From positions 434,001 to 498,000 of the forward strand of contig NW_026250419.1 of NCBI RefSeq assembly GCF_024521635.1: DNA of 64,000 nucleotides. Direction: 5' to 3'. This DNA is from Tricharina praecox. Lineage: Eukaryota. Under the pieces are notes generated by a model that ran no database searches, was not told where the DNA came from, and saw only the letters and a list, made by a program, of their open reading frames with translations. A program made the translations under genes and the position numbers. This document shows, piece after piece, positions 1-13,229 of this stretch (positions are counted from its first letter, which is position 1; each line of letters opens with the position of its first letter).

Positions 1-3000
1 GCGACATGCGAGATTGTCGACCGTGGCTAGGGAGTTAGTGAGAGGGGCTCATTGGGGAAGGCAGACGTTCGGTAGGTGGGGGGGAGATGAGGCCAGCCAG
101 CTAGCCAGCCTTCCTGCCTTGCTGCCTTCCTGCGGGTGGAGAAGAGTGCAGTTTGCACTTTCCATGTAGTTATGTATGTATGATTCCATTCAATTCGATT
201 TCATTCCACGTGCCGATGCGCAGAGGATGCTACCTAGAGTACTCTACATACGGTACTCTATCCCTGAGCAGTGGGCACGGAACCGCAAGATGGACGTTGA
301 ATGGATGGATCTGACAGCCGTCCGGGGGATTGGTGCTGTTGGATATTGACATGTTTGGATACATGTTATCGGGCCCATGCGACGGCCAAAAGTGCAAAGT
401 GCAAAGTGCAAACATCTCGAATGGAATAATTACACTTGTGTACAAACATCGGACTCATGCCCGTGCCGTGAGTCATGCACCAACATTCGCCCACGCAGCG
501 CGGCGCAGCGATCTCAACTTGAAGCTCAACCTCAACCATTGGTTAAGGGAATCCAACATCAATTCATTGTATTTGTCGCATACCTACACATCTACGGCCT
601 ATCTATGGCCTATCCACCGGTAACTACCAGTAGACTGTGACGTCCAACCTCAACCTCAACCTCAACCTCGAGTCCTCAACCGTTGCAATACCGAGTGAGA
701 GCGTGGTGAATACGCACATTAAGCCCCCAGATCGAGTGACAGAGTCGAGACATGTTTCGACTATAGTGCCACCTACACGAGGATGAGATTAGTCGCTCAA
801 ACAAACCAAAACCCCTCGTCGATGGATAAATCCCCATTGTCCGATTTTGTATGATACCAACATCGTATCGGACTCACCCGACGCCGCCGCATAAAACTGC
901 CCATCCACGGTCCACCAACACCCGCCCACCCGCACACCCAACACCCGCACGCCCGCCATTCGCCGTTCGCCGTTCACCGTTCGTCCCCCGACCCGTTCCG
1001 ACCGACAGCGGTTTGCTATGTACCGGTATCATATGTAGAGTATGTAGAGTAGAGCACCAACACGACCCGCTCCGCTCGCGGATAGACATGCTTGCTTGCT
1101 ACTCTCACCACTCTACCCACCCACCCACCTATCATAGGTAGCCTCCGCCCTCGCCCTCGCCATCCGCCATCCGCGCCGCATACGTGCGTGCGTGCCAGCG
1201 TGCGTGTGTGCGTGTGAGCAGTAACCAATTTTTATTTTATTTTACCAATTCGATTCGATTGAGGAGCTTGGGCCTCCTCCTGCTATGTACCTCTGGAGCC
1301 TGGAGTTATATGTGGTAGTTATTACCGCGCAGCGCACACGATCCAGATTCCAGAGTTCTCAGTTAGTCGCGTCGTCGCGCTCCAGCCCCGAATCATGTGT
1401 AGAGTATGACAATGGTAAGAATACTCTACAGAACCCCATGCGACGATGACGCCAGCTGGGTAGATTGGACTGGATTGGATTGGGCTGGATTTGGATTGCC
1501 CCCAACTGTTTTTTGTTTTGTTTTGTTTGTTTTGTTTATGGGCGGCAGGCACAGCTTCTAGAGTACACACGATGACATCGCGTGGGCGTCTGTTGGGGTT
1601 CACTCTTCACTCCTGTCCGGCTGCCCCCCCGTTAACTGGAGGGCCCAGGCGCGGGTGCGTGGGGGGTCGGGGGTCGGGGGTCGGGGAGGCGGCGCGCGGA
1701 TGGGTAATCAAGACACTGCTTCATCTTCAGCTTCATTCGTCTTCCCGTCTCTCTCTCTCTCTCTCGGGGGAAGGGGGCGAAACGGCAGCCCCACTCGCTC
1801 GTCGCTCATTCGTCCCGACATGGTAGGGAAGGGACGGGAAGGGAAGGGAAGGGAAGGGAAGGGACGGGAAGGGAAGGAACGGGCCGGCGAGGCGAACCCT
1901 TCCATCCATCCATCCATCCACCCGTCCATACCAGATGATAAGCGACTCGTTGGCACATCGCACCTCGCACATCCGCGCGGAAGAAAGTGCCGGCGGCGGC
2001 GAAAGAAGAAGCGGAAGAAGAATGAGAAGAAGATTGGAATCTGCCGGTAGGTAGTACTCTACTCTAGGTGACAGAGAGAGATCCCCGGCTGGTGCTGATT
2101 GTTCCTTCCCCCCCTCCCCCCTCCCCCTTCTGCTGCTTCTGCGTTTTGTTCCAAACCCACGCACAGCTAGCCAGTGATCAGTGCTCACTGGCTGGCTGGC
2201 TGGCCGGCCGCCGGCACGGTAAGAGATCTTATCTCCTCCCCCCCTTCATGCTTACAGCGATCGCGGCGACATCTGGTTTTTGTTTTTCTGTTTTGTTTTT
2301 GTTTTGTTTGCCATACCGTCCCGTTCCACGTGACGGCGGGTTGTCGTCTCTCACACGTGGTCTCTTCTTTACATATCGCCTCAATCGCTGTCAATTCACA
2401 CAATGATTTCTTACTCAGAGTAGAGATCAAAAGCACACGGGAGGAGAGGTAGGGAAGGGAAAGGAGGGTTTGTATGATTACCCCCTCCAGCAGCCAGCTC
2501 CTCCTCTCCCATGCAGCGGCTCCACATGCTCCCTCCCTCACACCCTCCCACCATGGCCAAATTATGATTGCGAGTACTCTCAAGTAAGTACACACGATAC
2601 CTGAAACGGAGAGCCCACACAAGAGCGCACACACGTACTCAGCGCCAAGGAACCATCTCGAATTCTCTTTTTGGCGTAGCACTCTCGAGCGCATGGCATG
2701 GCAAAGGCATGGCATTTGTTGTTTTTGTTTTTTTTGGAAGCTGAAGGGACGCGGGAACGGCTGGCTGGCTGGGCTGCTCGGACAAAGCTTCCGGGCCGTA
2801 TAAATGGGTGTGTTCACCCTCGGCTCACGATACAGATACATACCCGATACACGATAGATACACGACACAGCTATAGGGCGCAGGGCGCATGTCATGTCAT
2901 CGGCGGCGGCGGCACGTTTGTGCAACTCGAGCAATAGTCACTCTATGTAATTACGGCCAGCCGAGGAGCACATTCCGCCGTGATCGTGACCGGTGAGCGC

Positions 3001-4608
3001 GGGACGGCCGAGGCCATATAGGTACGACACCATGACACCACGTCCGACTGAACGGACGAGCTGTGCGGCAAAAAACACGCGGGCGTGACGCGTCCATCGC
3101 ATCGCCTCGTTCGGACTCCCGCAAGATTGCCAATAACTAAGCGCACCTGCCGCCTGCCTGTCGCCTCCTTGAGGCGTCCTCGGCTGCTTCTTTCCTTCCT
3201 TCCTGTTGAATGTTCAGTCCGCTGTCGTTATTGTTGTTGTTGTTGACACTACACACCACCGGAATCGCTTGCGACTAGGCGACTGGCTGGCGATAGATGG
3301 CCGGTTTCATGAGCGAGTGTTGAACCGGCGGCGGCAAAAAGCCCATCGATCCCACCGGTATGATATGTAATTCGAGAGTGTCGTGGAGAACGAGCGGCCA
3401 CCGGCCACCGGCCAGGAGCAGAAGCGTCACGTTTTTCCGGTTTAAGGAGGTTGAGTTGAGTTCTCCAGAGTCTACATACCAAGTACCCAGCTGCTGCTGC
3501 AGCAGGGGGCGGGGGTAGCATATGTACATACCGTACATAGGTGGCCAGCGGTGAGAGCGGCGATGGCGAAATTCTAGGTGCATGATATAGAGTAGAGTAG
3601 AGTAGAGGGAGCAGAAGTTAGATACCCATCTACAGTACTTACTCCGAGTGCGGCGATGCGGTGGGGAAGTAGAGTAGGTATCGACTTGCCCTTTGTCGAA
3701 GGCCGCATAGGTATTTAGGTGGCGGAGGGGAGACATGTGACCTCGATCGATACGAGGTAGGTATAATACATAGAGTATGCGGCTGGCGGGGCGTTTCACG
3801 AGCTCGAGAGGTGGGGGGGGGGGGGGGAGGATTTTTTTGGGGACTGCTCCGGAGCCGGACGGACGAGTAACGGTGACGGTGACGGTAACTGTAACTGTAA
3901 ATCTGCAACTGCAACTGCAATTGTAACTGTAACTGTAACTGTATGTAACTGTAACGGTATGTAGCTGTAACTGTAACGCGGGATTCGGACCGGAGTGTTC
4001 ATTGGATGGGGATTGGCGGACGAGGAGCGGGTGACGAGTCGTATGTGTCTGTGTAGCTACCGAGTTCATCTGCGGAAAGCCGTTCGCATTCGGTCATTCA
4101 CGGCATCATCGGTTTTCGCCTTCAGAGATGTGGATGATTGGGGGGGGTGGGTGGTTGCATCTTATCTTATCTCTCGCCCATGTGCGCGCGTTGCGTCTCT
4201 ACTGCACTCTATGTACCCTAGTGTACGGCGACTCGAGTGGTCACGCACGAGGGGGGCAGGGGGGTGGGGGATACTCATTGGCGGTCGATGAACTGGCAAT
4301 GCACCATGCAAATGCAAATGCAAATGCATGCATAGGTACACCGGTTCGGTCTTTTCCCCCGGCGGAAATATATCACGGTGGGGACAGGGGTGACACCCAA
4401 CCCCATCCATCTCTTCGCCTTTTTTTTTTCTCCCACGAGAGAAAGAGAGGGAGGAGGTGGAGAAGGTGGTGGATGAGGGGGTTGAGGTGGTGGAGAAGCG
4501 TACTAGATACAGGTACATACGAATACGCACACGCCGCCCGATGATTTTTTGTCACCGGTTCAAAGGGTGTCGCTTATCGGGTGCGTGTGCGTGTGCACTG
4601 TGTGTGCG

Positions 4609-4611
<3 letters not shown>

Positions 4612-4640
<29 letters not shown>
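4612..4640. repeat. (GT)n microsatellite
   Basis: Uninterrupted TG run. Confidence 0.9.
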
Positions 4641-4643
<3 letters not shown>

Positions 4644-7600
4644 TGTGTGGAGTCGAGGGATGGAGGGAGTGAGGAGGATGAAGAGGAGGATGAAGACTCT
4701 GATAGGTGCCATCCGATGGATAGGTACTTCCTTACTCTGTCTGTGACCGTTTCGGTTTCGGAAGTCCACTGTTCGTTGACGCTGCTTTGTCGTCTGTCTG
4801 CGGATAGCCGTGGGTTGTGCGCCCGGGGGGATCATGTACTGTGGTACATACTAATGGTAAACTCTCTTCCCTCTCACCGCAACTCCTTCCTCGTCGCCGA
4901 CGTCCTCTTGCCGGGTCGACTCTTCACATTCACACTCTTTACACTCTTCATGTGAATCATACATACGGTACTCTACTACCCGGTACAGGTATGTGCGACG
5001 GGATACACAGGACACGAACTCCGGCATCACACAGACAGTGACCAGTAAGTAAGTCGTAGTAGCCGTGAGCGGGTACGGAAGGGCGGGAGGGAGGGAGGGA
5101 AGGGAAGGAAACACGGGCGGACAGGGTTCGGAATGCGGCAGGCCAAGCTAACTACTAACCGCCTACTTCTTAGTTACTCCAGAGCACACTAACTACACTA
5201 CACGACACTTCCTCGACTCCCCCCTCCCCTTTGTGTTTGAATTGTCTCTCCATTCCCATTGCGAGCCGCATTCCGGGCCATGCGGTCTTTTTTACTTATA
5301 TCTCGCACACGTTCCCCGCCCTCCCCCATTCATGATTTATTATTTTTCCTTTTTTTTCCTTTTCTTGTTTTTCGGCTGCGGAAGGGGAAAAGGAAATATC
5401 GAGGCACGGGGCGAGGCGGGGCGGGGCGAGGCGGGACAACGCAGAGAGAGAGAGAGAGAGGGAGAGAGCGAGCTGCTGAGCAGTGCGGAGCGCTTCGAGA
5501 TACTTACCCAAGTACTCACCGAGGACTTATGCTTCGTTGGGGCCACACTCGTATGCTATGCATGTCCTCGATGCATGTCCTCGATGCGCGTGCTGCATAC
5601 ACTTCCTGCAAGTGGGTTGGTTGCCTACGTAAGTAACCAGACTCCAGAGGGTTCTTCTTGCCAAAAAAAGATTATTCCTTTCTTGCCGGTGCGGGGAAGG
5701 AGGAGCCCGGATTTTGGCCGCTCGCTGCGGGCAAGCAGCCAGCGGATAGCGGACGGCGGACAGCAGCCAGCGGACAGCAGCCAGCAGACAGCTTGCCTTC
5801 TCGCACGAGAACCAGGACGACGCCAGGAGTACCTAGTGGGTGCAGAGGGGGAGGGAGAGAGAGAGGGGCATGTTTCCCTCCAGGCACCAGGACCTGGGAC
5901 TGGCTTAGGTGGGCCTGAATATCTACTATGCGCGTCGTATGTACCTGAATCTTGCCCTGGATGCTGGAGCCATGGTAATAACTGCTCTACATATAATCCA
6001 TCGCGCATAGAACGGATGGTAGCTAGCTGAGTGCTAGAGATTCACTCAATCCGCCTGCGGTTCTGTTCCGCGAGTGCATGTTCACTGTTGGGATCGACAG
6101 ATGCACCGGGAGCGTGAGGCACTTGAATCCTTCTCCCTTGATGGAAGGATGGATGGATGGAAGGATGGATGGGAAGATGGGAAGATGGCGGATGATCTCG
6201 TCCGGCTCCATCGCCAGAGCTTTGGCCATCCGGTGGATGGAGGTGCTATCCACTTACCGCCTCGTGCCTCCCGGCTACGGAGGGAGTGGGTGCAAGTGTT
6301 ATCCGCTTACTGCTTCCTGCCTCCCGGCCACGGAGGGACGTGGCACTGCGCTTGATCGTCGTCTTCCTTCTATTCCTTCTGGTGAAGAGGCCGAGCCGAT
6401 TCGACGGTCACCTGATTCGGCGCTCATGGACACATATGTACTTTTTATGGAGGGAAGGCCCCGTACCAGTGCAGTATAGCGCCGTATACACCTACTCACT
6501 TGGCTGTGGCACGGATCGACCATGATATCATCTCTTGCGATGTGAAATAGGATGGATGGATTCCGTCCACGGTGCGGCGCAGGTACCTATCATACATATG
6601 ACAGACTTCCTCTAAAGTGGCCGAGTGCATGTGGGCCTGGCTTTGAGAGGGATGGGATAGAACACTTGATGCGGTTAGAGAAAACTCGAGATGAACTTTT
6701 TCTTCCTGTGATGTGATGAGCGTGAGATGTGAAGGCGAGTACGGTAGGGAGAGTACGTATGTAGGTAGGTGGAGCAGGTATGTATCAACGGTATGTGTCT
6801 ATGTAGCGCATGGCATGGGGAGTTTAGCCGGGCAGGTAGGGTGAGGAGAGAAGTGCACCCGGCGCGGATATCGATGGTTATCGATGGACGAGCAAAGCGC
6901 GGATGTTGGCTACCTACCTGCTTGAGGGAGGAAGGATCGGAGCGAGAGACAGCGGCCATCGGCAAGCTCGGGCTGAGCCCGTAAACGCAAGCCTGGTCTC
7001 TGGTGGAGAGTGTTGAGTGTAGAGTGTACCTAAGTGGGGCCATCATCATTGGGGGGATTGAAGTATACCTCGAGGTGCTGAGTAGAGTATGCAGAGAGTA
7101 ACTGCCTTCCCTCCCGGTCACGGTCAGACAGAACTAAGCCAACAACTAACCGCAGCATCTGCCATCCATCCACACATCCATCCATCCATCCATTCGTCAT
7201 CCCTCATCCTCGTTGGTGCAGCTTCTTTGATTTATTTTTCTTCTTCTTCTTCGTTTCCATCTGTTTGGTTCGCGGCTGTGCTCGGAAAAGAACCGTCCCC
7301 GCCCCCCTTACCACCACCAACACCACCTCATTCACCACCAGAAGCAGTCCCGGACTCGCGTCGTATGGTCGACTGTCCTCATATCCGAACAATACAAGCG
7401 CTGTTTTCGAGCGCTCGATCGCTTGTCTCGCCCACAGCTACAGTGTGCTAGTGTTTCGGCGGTCGGTCGAGATCGGTTACGTGGGCCATCTATAGTACTA
7501 TACCATACCCAGGGTTCTCCCGCTTCGTTCCTGTCTTGTCCCTCATCACGACTTCGTCGTCTGCCATCCGCCATCCGCCATCCGCCATATTCGCCCACGC

Positions 7601-9622
7601 TTCACGAAGCGACGAACACCAAGGACCTCCCCTCTCGAGGATCCAATCGATTACATACACGCCGAGCCCCGACTCGCCCTGACCTGACCTAACCTGAACC
7701 TGACCTAACCTGAACCTGACCGACGGAGAGTCGAAGCGATAGACTGCCGAGGAGAGGAGCTTCCTTTGAACTTGGTACGTGCCGCGGCCGGTTCACTTTT
7801 CCGTTCACATTTCTTTCCTTTTCTCTTCCGAGTCGCAAGCGGGGCTGTGTTGGATTTGCAAGCCGGCGCGCGCGCGCCATCATTTCGTGTTCGTTTCGGC
7901 GCCGCTTTTTTTGTTCGTCACTGGGCCCCATCAAGCGCGCTGTGTTCCCTTTCTCGAGCTCCTCTCCTGGCTGGGTGGTGACTGTGTCGTCGCTGCGCTG
8001 GATTGATTGATTGAACTGAAGCGAAAAATAAAAAAGCCCTGAGCCTGAGCCTGAGGGGGAAGTGGCTGTTGTATTACCTATTGATCTTGCGTGCTCACTG
8101 CTCTCACACTCTCTGGAGTCGGAAGCCTCGATCTCTCCCACACCTTCCTCACTTTTCCTCCCCTTACTTCCTCACCCATTCATTCTTCTTCTTTTTTTTT
8201 AATACTTCCCATCCAGCCTCCGCCATCTCTTTTGCTTTTATCCTGCCATTCTAACTTGCCCACCCCCCCTCCTTCAGTCAAGTCAATACCATTCCCCACA
8301 TATATCACCACGACTACCCACCACCACCACTACTAAGTACCGGTACCCACCTCCACCTCCACCACCTCCACCACCGCCCACCACCCACAAACGCCACTAC
8401 CACCCCCATACATCCATCCATCCACTGTCGTCATTGCCACCGTACCGATTCAATCTTGAAGTATGTAATCTGATCCTCCTCATCCTCCCCATCCCCTCGC
8501 CGCCCTCTCTCCCGCTTCCGTTCTACACAAGCACGCACCTGAATGGTGGAGTGTAAGTGGAATCAAAAGCCAATTCAAATCTCTTTTCATTTCGGATCCC
8601 ATTTATTCGCCCCAAAACCCATATTATTGCCGTCCAGTGCAACCGCTCTGCTCCGCTGCCTTTCCCTTCTATTCCCACGCCCTTGCGCCCTCTCGCTTCG
8701 ATCAAATTCGTCGTGCTCTTGGTTTCTTTCTATCTGCTGTGAGAGGCATGTATGTGCCTGCTCCACATCTTAGGTACATCTGCCTCACTTACTTTAACCC
8801 TCTCGGTTGCTGCAATTGCAGGCTGAACTAGACCGACCTTCCCCTTCCCTCTGCACTATTCCCTGGTCCCATTTCACTCCACCCCACACACACTCCCACA
8901 CCACTCCCACACCACCACTACTACCACCAACTCGCATGTTCGATCCCCCCAACCTAGAGTACTTTACCTACCTTACCACATCCCTTACCATGTCCAAACC
9001 CCCCTCCCCCCCCAAACCCGGCCACTCCATTGCTTAGCTGTGTCGTTGTCCCTTCCACCACCCATCATTCCAACTCACCCAACCCAAAAATCTCTCTCTT
9101 CTTCCCTTCTGCTCAGACACCCATTCCGCCACCCAAAAATTCATCACATCCCTCACAATAACCCAAATTTCTCACACACAATTCCTCAGACCCTCCTCAT
9201 CCTCCCACCCCTCTCCCCCCCACCCATTACGCTCTCACAAAAACTCGCTTCAGAGCAAAGCATCGCTTCCAACAACAAAACAAATCCCCATCACACAACA
9301 TAACAGTCCGATTACCCCCCCCCCCCCCCCCCACCCCTCCAATTCATCACCTCAAAAATACTTCGCAATGCAGTTTCTAATCGCTACTTTTTGAGAATAG
9401 CCACCGAATCGGAACAACAACACATCCGCAACTCAGTTGCTTAGCGAATCCGAGTCCTCTCACCCGAAACCTGCCTCGTCGCCGTCACCTCACGCACAAA
9501 ATCAGCTGGCCGACCCTACTCCCCAACAGCCCACCGAGCTTCCTCGCCTCGTCGCAGACACCGAGCCCCTGCGAAAACGTACGCGTTACGAACTGCCCGA
9601 TCGTTATCCCGTGCGTGACTCG

Positions 9623-10525
9623 ATGGACTCAGATGCTCTAGCCGATCTGTTGGTTGCGTTGCCAGAATGGGTTACACGGTTACAAAACATCGCAGCCAGC
9701 AAATTCATCGACCACGGCACGGGCCCAACGGTTGCTGTTAACCCCGGTGGCCCTGAGTCCAGCAACCCTGCGCACATTCGCAAGGTCGAGCGTCCGAAGT
9801 CGATTCCCGAACAGGCCGTTCCCAAGTTTGAGACCGGAGGCAAGAAGATGAACCTGAAGCCCGGTTCCACCAAGGCAAAGTTCTCGAGCATCACCGGTCC
9901 GGAAATCTACTATGACGGGGACAGCCAGAAGTGTTTGTTCGATTGTTGGACCTCGCTTAACTCGAAGCGAGGAGCGCTACGGAAGGAGATGATGGCTATC
10001 CGAAGGAAAAAGGTGATGACGTTGCCTACCGCCAACTACGGCTACAGCGATTCGGACGACGAGCTGGAAGCGGACGACTCGGAAAAGGAAGATACCGAAG
10101 AGGACCGACTGCAGCGTGAGGAAGAGGAGAGGCAACGGATCGAAGAGGAAGCGAAGAGGAAGGAGGATGAGAAGAAGAGCAAGAGGTTGGAATTCATCGA
10201 TGGCTGTCTCGACAAAGCTGCAAGAGCATGTGAGAACGCCGCATATCTTTGGCTCAAGGGTGAAGGATGTATGGGACACGTCGTGTTCATCACTCAGCGG
10301 ATGATGGAGGCAGTGCAGCGGATTCAATCCGAGATGGCACAAAACATCAAGCCCCCCATGCGAGTGGGCGAGCTGGGTCCGGATGAAGGTTTCGGCGAGG
10401 ACGGAGAGGACTGCGACAGTGCCCATGCTTCGGATGAGGAGTTGCACCACAAGCGACCTTCCGATCGGTTTAGAGGCCGTGACGAGCGACAAACAAGTCC
10501 GAGGCCGGTTGAGGTGGCTGGATAG
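9623..10525 (+). CDS. Conserved fungal (Pezizomycotina) hypothetical protein, about 300 aa, with a central acidic/charged coiled-coil
   Basis: Single long ORF with coding-like composition. The first in-frame ATG is at 9623 (MDSDALADLLVALPEWVTRL...). Motifs IYYDGDSQ..F...RKEMMA and LDKAARACENAAYLWLKGEGC resemble, from recall, an uncharacterised filamentous-ascomycete family (IVYYDS.VQ..F / CEHAAHQFLRDGDC). The frame is open upstream to 9401, so the start could lie further 5'. Confidence 0.85.
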   Translation: MDSDALADLLVALPEWVTRLQNIAASKFIDHGTGPTVAVNPGGPESSNPAHIRKVERPKSIPEQAVPKFETGGKKMNLKPGSTKAKFSSITGPEIYYDGDSQKCLFDCWTSLNSKRGALRKEMMAIRRKKVMTLPTANYGYSDSDDELEADDSEKEDTEEDRLQREEEERQRIEEEAKRKEDEKKSKRLEFIDGCLDKAARACENAAYLWLKGEGCMGHVVFITQRMMEAVQRIQSEMAQNIKPPMRVGELGPDEGFGEDGEDCDSAHASDEELHHKRPSDRFRGRDERQTSPRPVEVAG

Positions 10526-13206
10526 TTCGATGGCTTCGGACCGTTCACTCGCCAGGATTCGGGCATCGTTTGACAGAACCATGTAGTCCCTGCGACCATT
10601 TCAACCGGCGATCCAAAATCGTCTCACACTCTCTATACCTATCCCCCCAATACCATCCGTTTCCGTACATACTTTAACACACATACGAGCACCCTAACGA
10701 CCTACATACCCGATGACGTACCGCCTTCCTTCCTCTTAACCTCGACAAAAGCCCTCTATATCGTGCATCGCCGCCCTACCCGCGGTCGCGACCGCCATCA
10801 TTGCTATCACCATCTTCTTACCGACACTCGACACTTTATCGGTTACCACACCACTCCTCGCCATCACCTCGCTACTTCAATGCGGTCAATCCTTTTCGAT
10901 GTGGGGTAAATGGGTCTGTTTTGCGAGCCAATATTCTTTCACTGCTCTTGTGATACGGATCGGCAGGAGTTCGTCCCATATTTTTTTACCATTATTTCCT
11001 AATGTCCATTCTTTTTCCTTGAGCATTTCATATTGTCAGTAATTGGGAATGCATCGCTGTTGGACCTGGTGGCATGTATGTGTGGATACGGATGGAAGAT
11101 GACAGGAGGACACGAACACCACCAGCCATTATGTTTTTGCCACAGCTGCAGCTGTATCTTGTTGGAGGATGTTGCGAGCTTGTGAATCACATTCATCGTC
11201 ATCGTCATCGTCATCGTTCATCATAGCGGGGGGGTTATTGCTTGGTTCTTCTGCCGTCCGTTTGTTTTCGCCTTGTTTTTTTTAGCTGTTCTCGCCTCAT
11301 CTCATTGTTATTTTATCTTTTCACTTTGAAGTTTTGCTGTCACCGTGAAGTGTGCGCGTGCGTGTGTTTATTTTCTATATATTTTTTCCTGTTTTCGTTT
11401 TTTCTTCTTTGTTTCGTTTGGCCCCGTTTCTTTCTCATGAAGTTTATGATACCCCGATTGCGGGTTGGGACGAGCGGTCGGTGAGGGGGAGTTTTTTATT
11501 TGTTTATTTATACATAGCTGGCGGAGGAGGTTGCGGTGGGCGGTGGGGAGGGAATCATCAAATGAGCGTCGATTCAAACCTCTTGTGCTTTTGTGCAATC
11601 AATCATTCATTCAATGTGTATCGCCATGTGTTGGATCTCAACATCTACTCTATGTAGGACGGACGGAAGCATTTCCACCTAGAGTATGTATGCGTCTATG
11701 CTTTTTTGTGATGACGATTGCAGCTCGGTCGGTCTGGCCGTGCGTTTTTTTCCCTTAGATACATGACCCTTCCCTTCCTTTTGACCTTCTTTCTTTCCTT
11801 ATTTCGTCGCCGAAGGGCGGGTATTTCTTTTTCTTGCTGTCGTTCTTCATCTCTACGTGTAGTTTGTTTTTCTCCTGGTTGCTAGAGTTGCTAGAGTTGC
11901 TACCTAGAGTTGCTAGAGGATATTGCTGTTTGGTCGGGATGTGGGCCGTGAGATGCACAGCGATCCGGACTCTGAGCGCTCACACACACACACACACAAA
12001 GAGTGCAGAAACAGAGAGAGACACCGCACGCCGGACAAGCGCGTGCGGAATTGGTTGCGTTTCGTTGGTTTGTAGAGGACAGCACTTTTTTGGATAGGGA
12101 ATTGATGTAGATGTCTGGGCGCGCGAGGGAACCGCCTGCTTGCTTGTGTGCGGTGCGGTGAGTGTGTGTGTGTAGGCATGGTGTGCGTATGGCAGGGCGT
12201 GGCATAGGCGGTGACGGGACTGCAGCATGCGCGAGCGAGCGAGCGAGCGAGCGTCCGGCGCCATCTTGCCGACTGGTTGACTCTTGCTGGCTGACTGGCT
12301 GGTGGATTGGCGCCATGTTATTGGGTGCGGCATTCCCGTCCGCGCTGCGCTGCAGATTCGCCGGGGAGGGCGAGGGAGGGAGGAGAGGGAGGAGAGGGAG
12401 GAGAGCGACAGCCTACAGCCTACGGCCTACGGTACAGGGCGTATGATATGTTCGATATGTACGAGATGTATGTAGCGCCAACACCAAGCACAAGCACTGG
12501 GTTTTTGAAGAGCCGAATCGAAGAGTCGAAGCCTCGAAGCCTTCGTGTCGAGGCGTATGTATGTGGCTACTGTAAGGTGGGCAGCCCGCACTCCTGCACT
12601 TCCCGCACTCCCGCACTTTCCGCGCCCTCCGCACCCGCACCCTCCGCACTCTAGGTAGATTATAGTATCGCGGATGATTGGCGCCGCGACGCGCTGTATG
12701 ATAGATGCGTACGCAACCTCGCTGGCACGCTCGCTCGTCGGAGCAAACAGATATGCCTGCGTTGTGTTCACATGGGAAGTCGGGGGGATCGGGGGTGGCG
12801 GGCGAACCGCCATGGCGGGTATCGTTCGTTCGCTCGTTCCGTTCGTTCGCAACAACGATCCGGAACATGGTCGCACATACCGTACTCTACACCTACTCTA
12901 CATGCATATCAAACAAACCGGAAGGTCCGGGTGTGTGTGCGTGCGTTGCGTCGCGTGTCGGATCTCTGCTCAGTTGCCTGCGTGCTGCCTGCCTTCCTTC
13001 CTCCTGCTGCCTCCTGCTGTGTGCCTCCTGCTGCCTGCCTGTCTATGAAAGATAGCCCATCGGAATTCTGCGGCTGCTTCCGAGTCCGAGTCCCCATTAG
13101 GCCTACGAACGATCGAAAACAAGGGGGGAGGGGGGGAGGGAGCCTGGGGGGGGGGGGGTGTGAATTGGGGTTAGATTAGCCGCTGTTAGAGTACCGACAT
13201 ACTTCT

Positions 13207-13229
13207 ACACACACACACACACACACACA
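13207..13229. repeat. (AC)n microsatellite
   Basis: Uninterrupted AC run. Confidence 0.9.

Noticed and set aside
1..8000. Numerous 60-265 aa ORFs
   Set aside because: They are low-complexity translations of microsatellites (GT, GA, CCAT, GTAACT) with no domains, codon bias or coherent splice structure.
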